Of a stretch of 64,000 bases of DNA, positions 28,806 through 42,440 are shown piece after piece. Below the pieces are notes generated by a model. It saw only the letters and a list, made by a program, of their open reading frames with translations. It had not been told where the DNA came from and did not search any database. Both the position numbers and the translations under genes were made by a program. Numbering within the stretch: position 1 is the stretch's first letter; the number at the start of each line of letters is the position of its first letter. This stretch comes from the human T2T-CHM13v2.0 reference genome, Homo sapiens: assembly GCF_009914755.1 (NCBI RefSeq), contig NC_060934.1. One strand, written 5' to 3'.

Positions 28806-29477
28806 TGTATTAGTTTTCTAGGGCTGCTGTAACAAAATACCACAGACTTGGTGGCTTAAACAACATAAATTTATTTTCTCACAGTTCTGTAGGCTCAAAG
28901 TCCAAGATGAAAGTGTCAGGAGAATTGATTTCTTCTGAGGCCTCTCTCCTTGGCTTGCAGAAGGCTGTGTTCTCACTGTGTCTCTATATGGCCTTCCCTC
29001 TGTGTGTCTATCTGTGTCCTGATCACCTCCTCCTCCTCTTCTTTTCTCTCTCTCTTTTTTTTTTTTGGAGGCATGATCTCCTTCTATCTCTCAGGCTGGA
29101 GTACAGTGGCGCCAACACAGCTCACTGCTGCCTTGAACTCTTGGGCCCCAGTGATTCTCCCACCTCAGCTTCCCAAGTAGATAGGACTACAGGTGTATAC
29201 CATCACCTAGCTAATTTTTTTAGAGATGGGGTCTTGCTATGTTGCCCAGGTTGGTCTTGAGCTCCTGGCCTCAAGCAGTCCTCTCGCCTCGGCCTCCCAA
29301 AGCACTAATCTCTTCTTCTTGTGAAGACACCAGTCATGTTGGATTAGGGCCCACCCTAATAACCTCATTTTAACTTAGTTATCTCTTTAAAGACCCTGTC
29401 TCCCATTCTGAGAATCTGGGTTAGAACTGCAACATACAAATTTCTTTTGGGGGATGGGTACAATTCAGCCCGTAATA
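28806..29477 (-). mobile_element. MLT1 (B/C-like) solo LTR with an AluJ inserted at ~29040-29305
   Basis: tgtattagttttctagggctgctgtaacaaaataccaca ... acaattcagcccgtaata, with internal antisense Alu sequence. Confidence 0.85.
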
Positions 29478-29517
29478 CCCTTGCCCTAGGAAAGCCCTTA
29501 TTTCTACCTTTGCCTGT

Positions 29518-29583
29518 CAAACTCCTACATGTTCCAGGCTCACTCTGAATCAAACACCTACATGTTCAAGGCTCACTCTGAAT
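29518..29583. repeat. 33-bp tandem duplication
   Basis: caaac(t/a)cctacatgttc(c/a)aggctcactctgaat x2. Confidence 0.9.
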
Positions 29584-31284
29584 GTCACGTTTCCATGAAC
29601 TTCTCCTTAACTCTGTGCATGGTTGCTTAGCTGCCTTTTATGTTCTGGGAGGCCCCCATGACAGCCAAGTCCCCAGGCGCAACTGCTGTGATGAAGGCTG
29701 GATTTTTGCTTCCACCTCTTGGGGACACAAGGCTTGTATAGCCCCTGGGGCCCACGAGGCTTGTATGGCTTCTGGGGCCCTGCTGTTCCCACCACAAGCA
29801 GTCCCCTTGGGCTAAGCATCACTCAGGGTATACCATGTGTGGCCATCTGTATAATTCATGAGGGAGGACTGTGTCACCCAGGCACTGCTGCTCATTTGCA
29901 AGAATTATGGGCTTTGACAGAACTCCCTGTCATGCAGGCCTCCTTGTCATATCTGTGGTAATTACTATTCCTCTTCTAATTACTTATCTTATCCACATGG
30001 CCCCTTTCAGCTGCAGCACAGGAGACTCCTGTCCTCTTCTGCAGAGGCAGCTGTGTCACTGCCACTGCTTCCGTGGCCCCCGAGGCACAGCCTCTGCTGA
30101 GGCCTCCTTTCTGGATTCTGAGCCGTGCCTCATTTAGACCATTGCTCTGAAGGACCACAGGCCTGGGAGGAGGCCTTTAAGCCTGTGTGCAGCTGATCAC
30201 CAGCTCCAAGCTACCAGCATTCACCTTGGGAGGAGGCAGCTCTCCCCCAAGATTACAACTTGCTCCAAGTCAGGTGGAGAAAAATAGCAAAGAGAACATC
30301 ATATTTAAGAGTTTGAATGTGCTGAGTGGATGCTTTGGAAACCTAACCTCAGGCAAAAGGTCCTTGGTTCAGGCTTGGTGACTGATGTTGCATTGTCTGC
30401 TGTTAATAGCCTAGAGATTGAAGACCCAAGTAGGCCATATTTTTGCCTGTCAACAGCGAATCTCCAATCTTTTAACTTCTTTAGTTTCAATATTTGATTT
30501 TGCTTGGGTTCACCTCTACAGTTGCTTTGCCTTGTCCCTGGTCACCTTACTATATTTGACTGAATTAAGCTTTCTGTTTCAATGTAAGTACTTAGTATTT
30601 TGCATTTAAAAGGCTGTTCTTTAATAACTTTGGAGGAAGTTGACTGATTTTAATGAAATTCTGTCCATTATAAAAGGCATTCACATACACCTCAGGTTTA
30701 ATTTAAATGCAGTCTGTCCCCTTGAAATGAAATGGCAATGGGCAAAAGTCTCCAAAAAGACCATTTTTTTCAATAATACATAAGGATTTCCGTGGAAATT
30801 GGTGCATTTTTACAAGGTATGGAGATATTGTCCCACCTGTGTGAACCTGCCTAAAAGAGTATCTCTGTGTAACAGTGATGGTGAGTTAGAAATGGAGCTC
30901 TCTTGTCTCAATGCCTGACTTCAGTCTGATCTTTGCACTACTCCTTGACTGCTGACCTCACTCCCCGCCCTGCCATGTACATCCTCTGTGTACCCTGGGA
31001 ACTTGTATGTAGTTAATTGTATCTGGACCTGCACCCCCAGCTTCTTTCTTGGCTTCATTTAATCTCTCTCTTGGCTTCCTTGCCTTCAGGGATCTCCTTC
31101 AAGGCAGGGCCATTTCTGGTTTCCTCCAGCTCCCAGGGCTCCTTCCTGCAACAGAAAATGTTCCTGCCTTCACAGAGCTTACATTTTAGTAAGTGGATTG
31201 GGAGGTTGCGGCCAAGTGTATAGTGAGGTGACGCTTAGGGAAAGCTTAGGCTGCTCTGAGAACACCTGAAAAGTACACCCAACC

Positions 31285-31612
<328 letters not shown>

Positions 31613-31639
31613 TCAGGAAGAGGCATCCTGAAGGAGCCA

Positions 31640-33540
31640 CTCATTCATTCATTCATTCATTTACTCACTCACTTTATAGAGCCATTGTGCATGTACTGAG
31701 TAGTCACTGGGAAACAGCAGTGAAAAAGCAGGCAGCATCTCTGTCCTCATAAAGCTTGTATTTTAGTGAGGAGAGTTGGCCAAGTAAGGTGGCCTTGGGA
31801 GCTGAAGAGTGTTTCAGGCAGAGGGAACACAACAGACGATGTCCAGATCTCAGGCAGAACGAGTGTATTCAAGGGACACAAACATGTACTGGGTAGTCAC
31901 TGGGAAACAGCAGTGAAAAAGCAGGCAGCATCTCTGTCCTCATAAAGCTTGTATTTTAGTGAGGAGAGTTGGCCAAGTAAGGTGGCCTTGGGAGCTGAAG
32001 AGTGTTTCAGGCAGAGGGAACACAACAGACGATGTCCAGATCTCAGGCAGAACGAGTGTATTCAAGGGACACAAACATGTACTGGGTAGTCACTGGGAAA
32101 CAGCAGTGAAAAAGCAGGCAGCATCTCTGTCCTCATAAAGCTTGTATTTTAGTGAGGAGAGTTGGCCAAGTAAGGTGGCCTTGGGAGCTGAAGAGTGTTT
32201 CAGGCAGAGGGAACACAACAGACGATGTCCAGATCTCAGGCAGAACGAGTGTATTCAAGGGACACAAACATGTACTGGGTAGTCACTGGGAAACAGCAGT
32301 GAAAAAGCAGGCAGCATCTCTGTCCTCATAAAGCTTGTATTTTAGTGAGGAGAGTTGGCCAAGTAAGGTGGCCTTGGGAGCTGAAGAGTGTTTCAGGCAG
32401 AGGGAACACAACAGACGATGTCCAGATCTCAGGCAGAACGAGTGTATTCAAGGGACACAAACAGGTACTGGGTAGTCACTGGGAAACAGCAGTGAAAAAG
32501 CAGGCGGCATGTCTGTCCTCATAAAGCTTGTATTTTAGTGAGGAGAGTTGGCCAAGTAAGGTGGCCTTGGGAGCTGAAGAGTGATTCAGGCAGAGGGAAC
32601 ACAACAGACAATGAACAAGTGTATTCAAGGGACACAAACAGGGAAGGCAGAGGCCAGATCACAAAGGGACTTGTAAACCATTTGTTAAGGCATCTGGACT
32701 TTATTCATAGGCTAAGGGCTTGCCATTTTCAAGGGTTTTAGGAGAGTGGCACAGTCATGTTTGTACTTTAGAAAGATCACTGTGGTTGTTGTGGAGAGAA
32801 TGGGCTGCGGGTGCAGGTTAGGAGATGAGTTAGGAGGTTGTAGAGTCCTCCAAGACAAGGCAGAGGCCTGCATTGGAGCAGTGGAGTGTGGAAGGAGAGT
32901 AGATGAACCTGAGGGGATTTTAGAGGCGGTTTTGATGGTATTTGTGTTGAGTGGATGTGGAGGGGTGAGGCATGGGAGGAGTCACAGCTGACTCTTGGGT
33001 TTTTTGTTGGAACAACTGCATCAAAGATGGAGGCCATCTGTGTGAAGGGGAAGCTGGGGAGGAACAGGGTTTTCAGGATGGAGGGGATGAGGGGCAGATG
33101 AATTGCATTTAGGACTCATCGGGTTTGAGGTGCCTTTGGGCCATCCATGTGGAAATGTCCAGGACACAGTAGATATATAGCTCTAGGGTTGAGAGTGAAG
33201 TCTCAGAAGGAATCAGAATAATGAGGTTTTGAGGGCATGGGAGTGGAGAGTGGATGAATTTGCTTGGGGTTGGGTGGGGCAGTTTAGCGTGAGAAGAGAT
33301 TATAGGGTGAATGTGAGGATTGAAGGAATGAACTGAGGATGAGCAACTGGAGAGTAGAGGGAAACCAGCAGATTTGTGCTTTGCCAGAGGCTGGGGAAAG
33401 AGCAATTTAAAGAGGAGGAAGTGTTCATTAAGGTCACATGCTGCAAAGAGGAAAAACAGGATGAGCTCTTGGAATAGCCATCAGATTTAGCGGTAGGGAG
33501 GTAGGTAGTGACCTTGGGAAGAAAGATTTGATAGAATGGT
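31640..33540 (-). mobile_element. L2 LINE fragment (antisense) containing the 193-bp tandem array
   Basis: (cattc)-type tail at ~31640-31660; L2 motifs 'caggcagagggaac', 'ggccagatcac', 'agaaagatcactgtgg'. Confidence 0.75.
31691..32639. repeat. Tandem repeat, 193-bp unit x5 (candidate VNTR)
   Basis: Units start at 31691, 31884, 32077, 32270 and 32463. The fifth copy lacks 16 bp and has several substitutions. Confidence 0.97.
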
Positions 33541-33559
33541 GGGCTTTTCTGTCCACATA

Positions 33560-34710
33560 ATGTCCTCTAAACACTTTTAGTTCTCTTCATCTTCATCAAC
33601 AACCATGTTAGTCCAAGCCATCGTCATCTGTCACCTGGACTTTTGCAGTAACCTCTTAAGAGGTCCACTCACGCATCCTCTATTCCTCAGAGAGAGATCT
33701 TTTGGAGAGGCAAATCTGATTATGCGATTTTCTTGCTCGGCATCTTTTAATGGTTTTATGCTGTTAGGATGAAGGCAAACTCTTTGACATGGTTCTGCTT
33801 CCTTATCTCTCTTCATCTTGTACCACATTCTCCCTCTCTCTGCCCAGCCACACCATTCTTTCTTAAATGCCTTGAGCTGGTCATGTCTCCTTTTCCCATG
33901 GGGACTTATGCACATGCTGTTCTCTTTGCTTGGAAGTCTCTTACCCCCACCTTTCCACCTGCTTCATTCCTACTTGTCTTTCAGATTTCAGTTTCAGCTA
34001 CACTTTCTTAGGGAAGTCTTTTCTGACCTTCCTCACATGACCAAATCTCTCCGTTAGGTGTTCTCATAACATCACGCACCTCTCTTTTATGGCTGTGGCA
34101 GATTCTGTTATGTTCCTAGTTATTCTCCCTCCCTGTATCTGTGCCCTTTGCCATGTGGCTTTGTAGTGCCTCCCTCAGAGTGTATACTCCTGACCACTGA
34201 TGTTAGGCATGGTCACGGAACTTGCTCAGGCCAGGGAAGCATAGGTGGAGGGAAGAGCATACCAGTTCTGAGCTAGACCTTAGAATTGCATCTTCTGTTT
34301 GGCCTTCTTGAGCTTCTGCCATTGCCTGCTCTGAGACTGGACCTCACCATGAACTCACGTGGAGCAGACCTAAGCCTGCCCTGCAGTCTGCAACCTGGGT
34401 TTCACCTAGCCTAGCCAAGTTGTAGCCGATTTGCAGATATAGGAGAATAAATGATTGTTATTTTAAACCACTGAATTTTGGTGTAGCTTGTTAGGCAGAA
34501 TCATCTTGGCAGTAGATGGCTGATTCAATAGCCACTATAGTTGCAGTTTTATATATATTGATGTTATTTATGTCTGTCTTCTCAACTAAATTTTAAGTTC
34601 TGTGAAGGTACGCCCAGGTCTGTTACTGTGCGCGTATTTCCTGGCTTCCTGCACAGGGTCTGACCCATGGTAGATGTGCAGCACATAATTGTTAAGTGAC
34701 TGAGTAGAGT
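33560..34710 (+). mobile_element. L2 fragment (sense) interrupted by an old MLT1 LTR (~34095-34525)
   Basis: 'gtccaagccatcgtcatctgtcacctggac' L2 body. MLT1 end 'aataaatgattgttattttaaaccactgaattttgg'. Confidence 0.6.
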
Positions 34711-34990
34711 CTGTGTCAGCTCAACTATGTCCCTATCGTAGGAGTTTACTGGTTCTGGCGAAATCAGCCCACTGCCAGGGGTATAAGGATACATTTTAAG
34801 TTCAATTATAATACTTCACTGACCTGAAACAAATATGATAGCTTTTTAGAAATGCATGTTTTCTGTAATTTACAAAAGAAATTTTGATAAAATGTTGTTT
34901 GCAATAGAGTGGTGTGAATCATGGGGAAAACATATTCCATTTGCAATCTCGAAGCAAAAATATGTTAATCACATTTTCAGCTTAGTTAAC

Positions 34991-35303
<313 letters not shown>

Positions 35304-35972
35304 CCATCATTTCTTTATATAGATTGCTGTGTATGACATTCATCATTTTCCCCATGAACAAATAGGTACATTTTCATAGATAATTTCTACATTAGAAACA
35401 GAGATCAAGCCTTTAAGATCTGCTGTTGGTTTAGGAGTTAATTTTGGCTGAGTTGACAAAAATACCCATAGAATTTAATATCTCTGTCTTGAGAGGGAAA
35501 AGATATCTTGTTATAGGGAAGTAATATAGGGCTTGGAGTCAAAGGACACATATTTACTAGCTCTGTGACCATGAAAAGTGATTTGACCTTCTTGACCTTT
35601 ATTTTCTGCACCAATAAAACAGGATTAATACCTACTTCATAGCATTGTGAAACGTGCTTTGCAAAAATAAAAGGGCTTGTAAGTCCTAGTTAATTGAATG
35701 AAATGGAATGAATGAAAATCAAATAAAGAGTAAAACTTGGATTTTTAAATTACTAATTTTATAATAAGCCACCTTACTACTGTCTCTTCTCTAAAAGTTT
35801 TTCAATTCTCCTGGGATTTGGGAGCGTATAATTGTATCATATGAAAAAAATCATTTTGCTTCTTTCTAATTTTTATGCTTCTCATTTTTTTTCCTTCTGT
35901 AATTGCATTGGCTAGTATGGAGAGGTTTTTTTTTTTTTTTTTTTAATGATTTTTCAGGTAGTATTACTTTAA

Positions 35973-36320
<348 letters not shown>

Positions 36321-36606
36321 TTTCCCAGATTTTCTAACCTACTAATATGATAAACAATATTAGATTTCTTAATATTGAGGTACTTATAAATCCTCTTAAA
36401 AACCCCCCCTTAGTAGTGATATCACTACTTAGCTGTGAAAAGAGGGTTTTAAAATTTCTATGAAGTGTGATATAATATTTAATATATTTAATGGTTATCT
36501 AGGTTCTATTTGCTAAAATTTTAAGATTTTTGCATTGGTTTTCATAAGAGCAATTGGCAGGAGTTTTCTTTTACTGTGCTGCATTTTTCAGGATTTGTTC
36601 TGTGTT

Positions 36607-37003
36607 TATTATGGACTGAATTGTTTCTCACCCAAAATCCATATGTTGAAGCCCTAATTGCCAATGTGACTATATTTGGAGATGAGGCCTTTAGGAAGGT
36701 AATTAAGGTTAAATGAGGTCACAAGGGTGGGGCCTTAATCCAATAGGACTAGTGTCCTTATGAGAAGAGGAAGAGACACCAGAGAGCTCTGTCTCTCCTC
36801 ATATGCACAGAGAAGAGGCTGTGTGAGACACAGCAAGAAGGTGGCCGTCTACAATCCAGGAAAAGAGGCCTCACTGGAAGCCAACCCTGATGGCACCTTG
36901 ATCTTGGAACTCTAGCCTCTAGAATTGTGAGAAAATAAGTTTCTCTTGTGTAAGCAACCTAGTCTGTGATCTTTTGTTATGGCAGCCAGAGCAGACTAAT
37001 ACA
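36607..37003 (+). mobile_element. MLT1A/B solo LTR
   Basis: tattatggactgaattg ... gttatggcagccagagcagactaataca; TSD (g/a)tgtt. Confidence 0.88.
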
Positions 37004-37462
37004 ATGTTATACTTACATTTGTAAGTATAGAAAGGTAAAACTATTTAAAATATTTTCCTATGTTCTAGAACAAACAGTTCAGATAGAATTTGTTATCCAT
37101 TCTTTGAAGGAATAGGTAAAACTTACCTGTAAAATACTTGGGGCCAGGCATTTGTTAGTTATCTCTGTTAACTTTATCAATATCTGCTATAGCACTTGGT
37201 TTATTTAAACTTTTAGTATTTTCTGGACTTAGTTTTGATGATTTATATTTTGCTGGATAACATCCAGTTTATCCAGGTTTTCAAATATATTGCAATAAAG
37301 TTGAGAAAAAACATCTTTTTGATGTCTTTTAATTTATTCTGTATCTGGGGTTCTATATACAGTCACATCCTTATTTTGACTATACTTTCTGCTCTTTTCC
37401 TTGATTTTTGGTTTAGTAGTTGATTATTATTTTAATGATGCCTGGATTTATTTTTAGCACTA

Positions 37463-37631
37463 TTTTCTTTTTCTTTTTTGAGACAGAGTCTTACTCTGTC
37501 ACCCAGGCTAGAGTGCAGTGACGTGATCTCAGCTTACTGCAACCTCCACCTTCAGAGCTTAAGTGATTCTTGTTCCTCAGCCTCCTGAGCAGCTGGCACT
37601 ACAGGTGTGTGCCACCATGCCCAGCTAATTT

Positions 37632-37662
<31 letters not shown>

Positions 37663-37941
37663 TTTGAGATGGAGTCTCACTCTGTTGCCCAGGCTGGAGT
37701 GCAGCGATCTCAGTGCACCGCAACCTCCGCCTCCCGGGTTCAAGCGATTCTCCTGCCTGAGCCTCCTGAGTAGCTGGGATTACAGGCATGTGCCACCATG
37801 CCTAGCTAATTTTTGTATGTTTAGTGGAGACAGTGTTTTGCTGAGTTGGCTAAGCCGGTCTCAAACACCTGACCTCAAGTGATCTGCCTGCCTTGGCATC
37901 CCAAAGTGCTGGGGTTACAGATGTGAGCCACTGTGCCCAGC
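37463..37941 (-). mobile_element. Compound Alu: extra right arm, (TG)n(TA)n, then a full Alu
   Basis: Two right-arm sequences and one left arm; microsatellite at ~37632-37662. Confidence 0.9.
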
Positions 37942-38929
37942 TGCTATTTTATAATTTCTTATTAATTATTGTTTTTATCTCTACCAATTCTTTGCTTTCC
38001 TTGTTTATTTTTATTTTTTGATTTTGAGCTGCTCACTTCATTTAAGCATTTTAACTCTTTCTTGCTTAGAACTGTGCGTATTTAAAGCTGTGAGTTTTCC
38101 TCTGAGTACTGCTTTGTGTCTTATGGGTTCTAATACACAGTGTTTGCATTTTTTGTGTTCTAGGTATTTTGGGATTTTGATTTTAATTTTCTCTTTGCAT
38201 AAAAGTTGTTGAAGAGAGTGTTTTCAAATTTCTGTGAAATGTGATCAGAGAATGTGATCTATATATACATTATTTCTACTTATTGGAATTTAGGTATTTT
38301 TTATTACTTAGTAGATGGTCAAGTTTTATAAATAGGCACTTAAAAAATTGTATCTTTATTTTCACACTATAGCATTCAAAATCTATCAGATATCCTGATG
38401 AATTGATATTACACTTCTTGTAGTTCTTGTTTTTGATCCGCTTGACTTAACATGGCCCAGTGCTTACAGAGGCATTGTTATTCATTATTATGCTAAGAAC
38501 TCCAGATTCTATATAGAGGACGTAAATTTCACCTTGAATGTATTAAGGAGACAATTTGATCTTGCTCCACAAAATGCTGGTAGTGCATAGGAGTTGACTG
38601 AGAGAGCATTTTGAGGTGGGATGAGGAAGGAAAGCTTTATGCAGGAGATGAGTCTTGAAGAGCAAGTAGATGTTAGGAGCTAGAGAATTTGTAAAGGGGC
38701 ATTCTGGTCTGGGGGGGGCAACATGAGCAAAGTTGGGCCTAGGGTGAGTCTGGCATGCTGGGGAGAAGGCACACACCCTCCTCCTTGGGCTTTCTCTCTA
38801 TGATGGCTGTAGCAGTTGAGTCAGGGTCCCATGGGGCCAGTTGTCTCCATTCAGTTGACTCTGCATAAGCATCTTTGTTGGGACCATCCCAGCCATCTCA
38901 TCAGACTACTTTGCAGCAGTGGAGGATAG

Positions 38930-39410
38930 CACGTGATAATTTGTTCTTCAGGCCACCCTGCTGGTGTGCTCTCAGCTTTGCACTTTTACTGGAGAGCTGA
39001 AATTGGCACGCACCTCAGTTTGATAGCATTAGCTCAGTTTTTGAACATTAATCAGGGAGACGAAGGGATTTCAACAGAAGAATTACAGTGTCTGATATGT
39101 ACTTGCTATATGGAGTTGTTTTGTCAGATGACCCCAGTAAATTACCAAATATTTAACACTGTTGATAAATCAAATGATGTGTGGTTGGTAGGAAGTGAAG
39201 GTATTTAAATAATTAAGCAGTTCTTTCTCGAGCCTCTTTATATGATGATTTTCTAGACTTCAAATCAGTTTTCCTCATCCAGCCTCCATATAATATATAG
39301 TTATTTCAAATCAGCTTTACTTACTGAGCTTTTTCTAGTAATTGAGCTTTGTCAGCAAAAACTGTATGTACCAGCAAATGGTGAATGATGGGCTCATGTC
39401 AGAAAGGAGC
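38930..39410. promoter_or_regulatory. Candidate conserved non-coding element
   Basis: No recognisable repeat; AT-rich, homeodomain cores, ataaatca (reverse TGATTTAT, ~39166), several TGTCA. Confidence 0.4.
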
Positions 39411-41949
39411 TTGAGAGGTGCTTTCTGTTGTTAGATGGATGGGTCTGGAGCCAGGACTTGAAGCTCTCTGAGTGTAATAGTTTCAGAGAAAAGGTATGTC
39501 TGAAATAGGGGTGAGTGCTCCATCACTCAAAAGCTGGTATTTCACACACCCAAGCCAAATGCTACATGTGCTGATGAAATCATGGTTTCGTGTTTGGGAT
39601 GTGTGGGAGGTGTGGGAGGTTTTTAAGTACAATCTTGGTCACAGTTTCTCCTCCCACCCCTCCTTCCTATTCTCTTACAGCTAGGACCCAGCGTTCTGGG
39701 CAGAATAGCAGGCAGCGCAGTAGCTACTGAGATTATAAGTGGTAGGTTTATGGAGCTGTGACCACAACTCTCCACAAGCCAGTGCTGTCTCATGCAAGCA
39801 CTCTCAGTGTCCAAGTGCTGAGTGTGTGAGTGGTCTGGGCTTTGCAGGGTCGGCCAAGCTCTTGGAAGAGCAGGCTTTGTTAGCTGGGGAGTCATCGCTC
39901 CATGCAGGCCCTGAGAATGGAGCATCCTGAGTGGACTGGTAGAGATGGGGCATGGGTCACTCTGAGGGTTTGAGCTACTTCTGCTATTTTTGAAATTCTG
40001 GTTTGAACTGCAGGATTGTGCTGAGTTTGGCACAGACTAATTTCTCTGTTGGCAGCACATGATGTATCAACTCATGTGTCAGTTGGTTTGATGCCACTCT
40101 GGACCTTGAGAGTTCCAAAGGGCTATTGAGGGAGAAACCTGACTTATGGCATAAAATGGGGTACTGAATTTGGGAGGCTGAGGATGCTAAATGGTGTATG
40201 CCCTGCCTCTGTTTTATTGCTGAATTGTGTCTCTCAGTGGAGGTTCTTAGAGGCTTTTCAACAAAACCTATGCTGTCAGCTAAAAGGCTTTTAGGACTTC
40301 ATAATCATGGCACAGTATCTTTTCCTTTTTCTTAAAAAAAAGAACTTTTCCTTTCTTTTCCCCACCTTTTTGAAATCGTTAGCCTTCATGTGAACTGAAA
40401 GGGACTTCAAAACATTGGAAGAAAATAGTCTGAAAGCTCAGAGTGTGCTTGGCTCCTGGTAGGTATGAAGGCTTGATAAAGAGGCATCTTTTGCACTGAC
40501 AGGTGTTTGTGTGCCAGTGTGGTGAGGGCTTTTGATGACAAAGCCACTTAGTTTTCTCTAGCTTACCCTTCCCTTTGTGCAGAGGAGTTAGGAAAACTCT
40601 AATAAAGTAACTAAATAATAAGGATAAAAAGTTAGCATTGTTGTTTTTTTCTTCATCTCCTCTTTTGTGCCCATCGGATTTTTGAGACTCACTTTTCAGG
40701 CCCTAAGTAAGCAAGAGGCAGAGGTGAGGAGGGGAGTGTCTGTCACTGTCCCTATGGTTCTGGAATATGCTGCTCTTCAAAGGTCTAGCATCAGCAGCAA
40801 CATCCTTCTTGAAGCCAAAGGAAAATTTAGATGAGTGGCAGCGCTGTGGCTGAGGGTGGGTATGGAAAGGAGAGGCACTGGGTGGGGATGCTAAAATACT
40901 GCCTTCCTGTTCCCCAGAAGCGCAGTCACTTATGTTCCCCTTTATGGCCAAGAGCCCCCTTAACCCTCAGCATACAGTTTTCTTTCCCTTCGTGGGAACC
41001 AACTGAAATTGGCAAACTGTGACCGTTTGTGACGAGTTATCTCAGTCCTCACATGAGTTCTTACATGAGTCCCTCTATGACCTTGTGCACCTTTCCCAGA
41101 AAGATAAATTACATAGGTTACAACCAAAGGAGCATGTAATGCCTACTTGTTATTTCATGTGCCTTGTAAGAACCAGAGAGGGACCTCCTTGCTGAACCGC
41201 CTCGACCATGGAGTAAAGAGTTAGGACATCTCACTGTACAGCAGTCACCCCATTGTGGGCAAAACTATGTCAACCCCCTTGGATTTTTAGTAAAAAAAAA
41301 AAAAAAAAAAAAAATTTCACTAGCTGAGGATGACAATAAAATGGAGTGTTGCTGAATATTGTTCTAAGGAAACTAAAGGGGGTAGCTGAAAAATTCTTGG
41401 ACTGGTCTCTGTGACTTGGTGTCCAGAAATGTTCATCTCATTATTTCATATGAAGAACAAAATTGGGCCAAGCCCAGATTTTGCTAACAACCTCCCACAG
41501 CTTTCAGCTGTATGTGAAAGTTAGTCCTTTGGATTTCAACTTGTTTATTTGGGATTCTCAAACATTAAGACTTGTGTGAGAGGAAGTTGGGCCCTGTATG
41601 TGAGCCATACTTTTTAATGGCTGGCAAGTAGGATTGTACGATGTCGGAGTTTGAAGTAGGCTCTGACCTCATGAGCTCTTACCTTCTTATATTTCAGAGG
41701 AGGAAAATAAGTCTTCCAACTTTTACTCCTTGGTTCCTCTCCCCAAGCCTTGTTATCACCAGGAAGTGTTAGATTGTTTGGGGTTTGTAGTTTGTGCTTG
41801 AGGGGGCTTGAGTGCTAGAACTATTCCATTGAAAATGGTCCTTGTTGGGGAAAAACAAGGATTGGACTTAAGATAAATGCTACGAGCTTATTTGATGAGG
41901 GTAGTATAATAATGTTCCATGGATGAATGTCATGGGTGATAAGAATAAT

Positions 41950-42280
41950 GGCAATATTTATTATCTTTTACTATGTATCAGGTACTGGCGCTCAATAGTT
42001 CATATGTGTTCTCATTTAACTCTTAGAACAACCCAATGGGATATTGATAGAGGCAGTAGTGGTGGTGGTAATGGTAAGTAATAATGATTATAGCAGTTAC
42101 AGTGCCTGCTTTATGTGGTTCATGTCATTTGTGTCTTACAATAATCCTATGTGTAAGGCACTGTTTATTATCTTTCCTACTCTCTAAATGGAAGACATAG
42201 AGGCTCCGAGATGTTATGTAACTTGCCCAAGGAGCTGGAATGTGAGCCAGTCGTCTGGTTTCAAAGTCTACTCCTATCAA
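41950..42280 (-). mobile_element. MIR fragments (two adjacent)
   Basis: 'tctcatttaactctt', 'aacttgcccaagg'. Confidence 0.65.
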
Positions 42281-42396
42281 CCTTTCTGAACACATATAAT
42301 TAACTAAATAGAGGTGTTCCCTGATGGGCACTTAATAAAAATTAGTGATGATGAGAAGTATTTTGGCCAAGAATATGTATGTGCATATATGACATG

Positions 42397-42404
<8 letters not shown>

Positions 42405-42436
<32 letters not shown>
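42405..42436. repeat. (CA)n microsatellite
   Basis: Seen directly. Confidence 0.97.

Positions 42437-42440
<4 letters not shown>

Noticed and set aside
31691-32639. Regularly spaced repeats as a CRISPR-like array
   Set aside because: Head-to-tail units with no unique spacers, no cas genes, and a eukaryotic L2-derived context.
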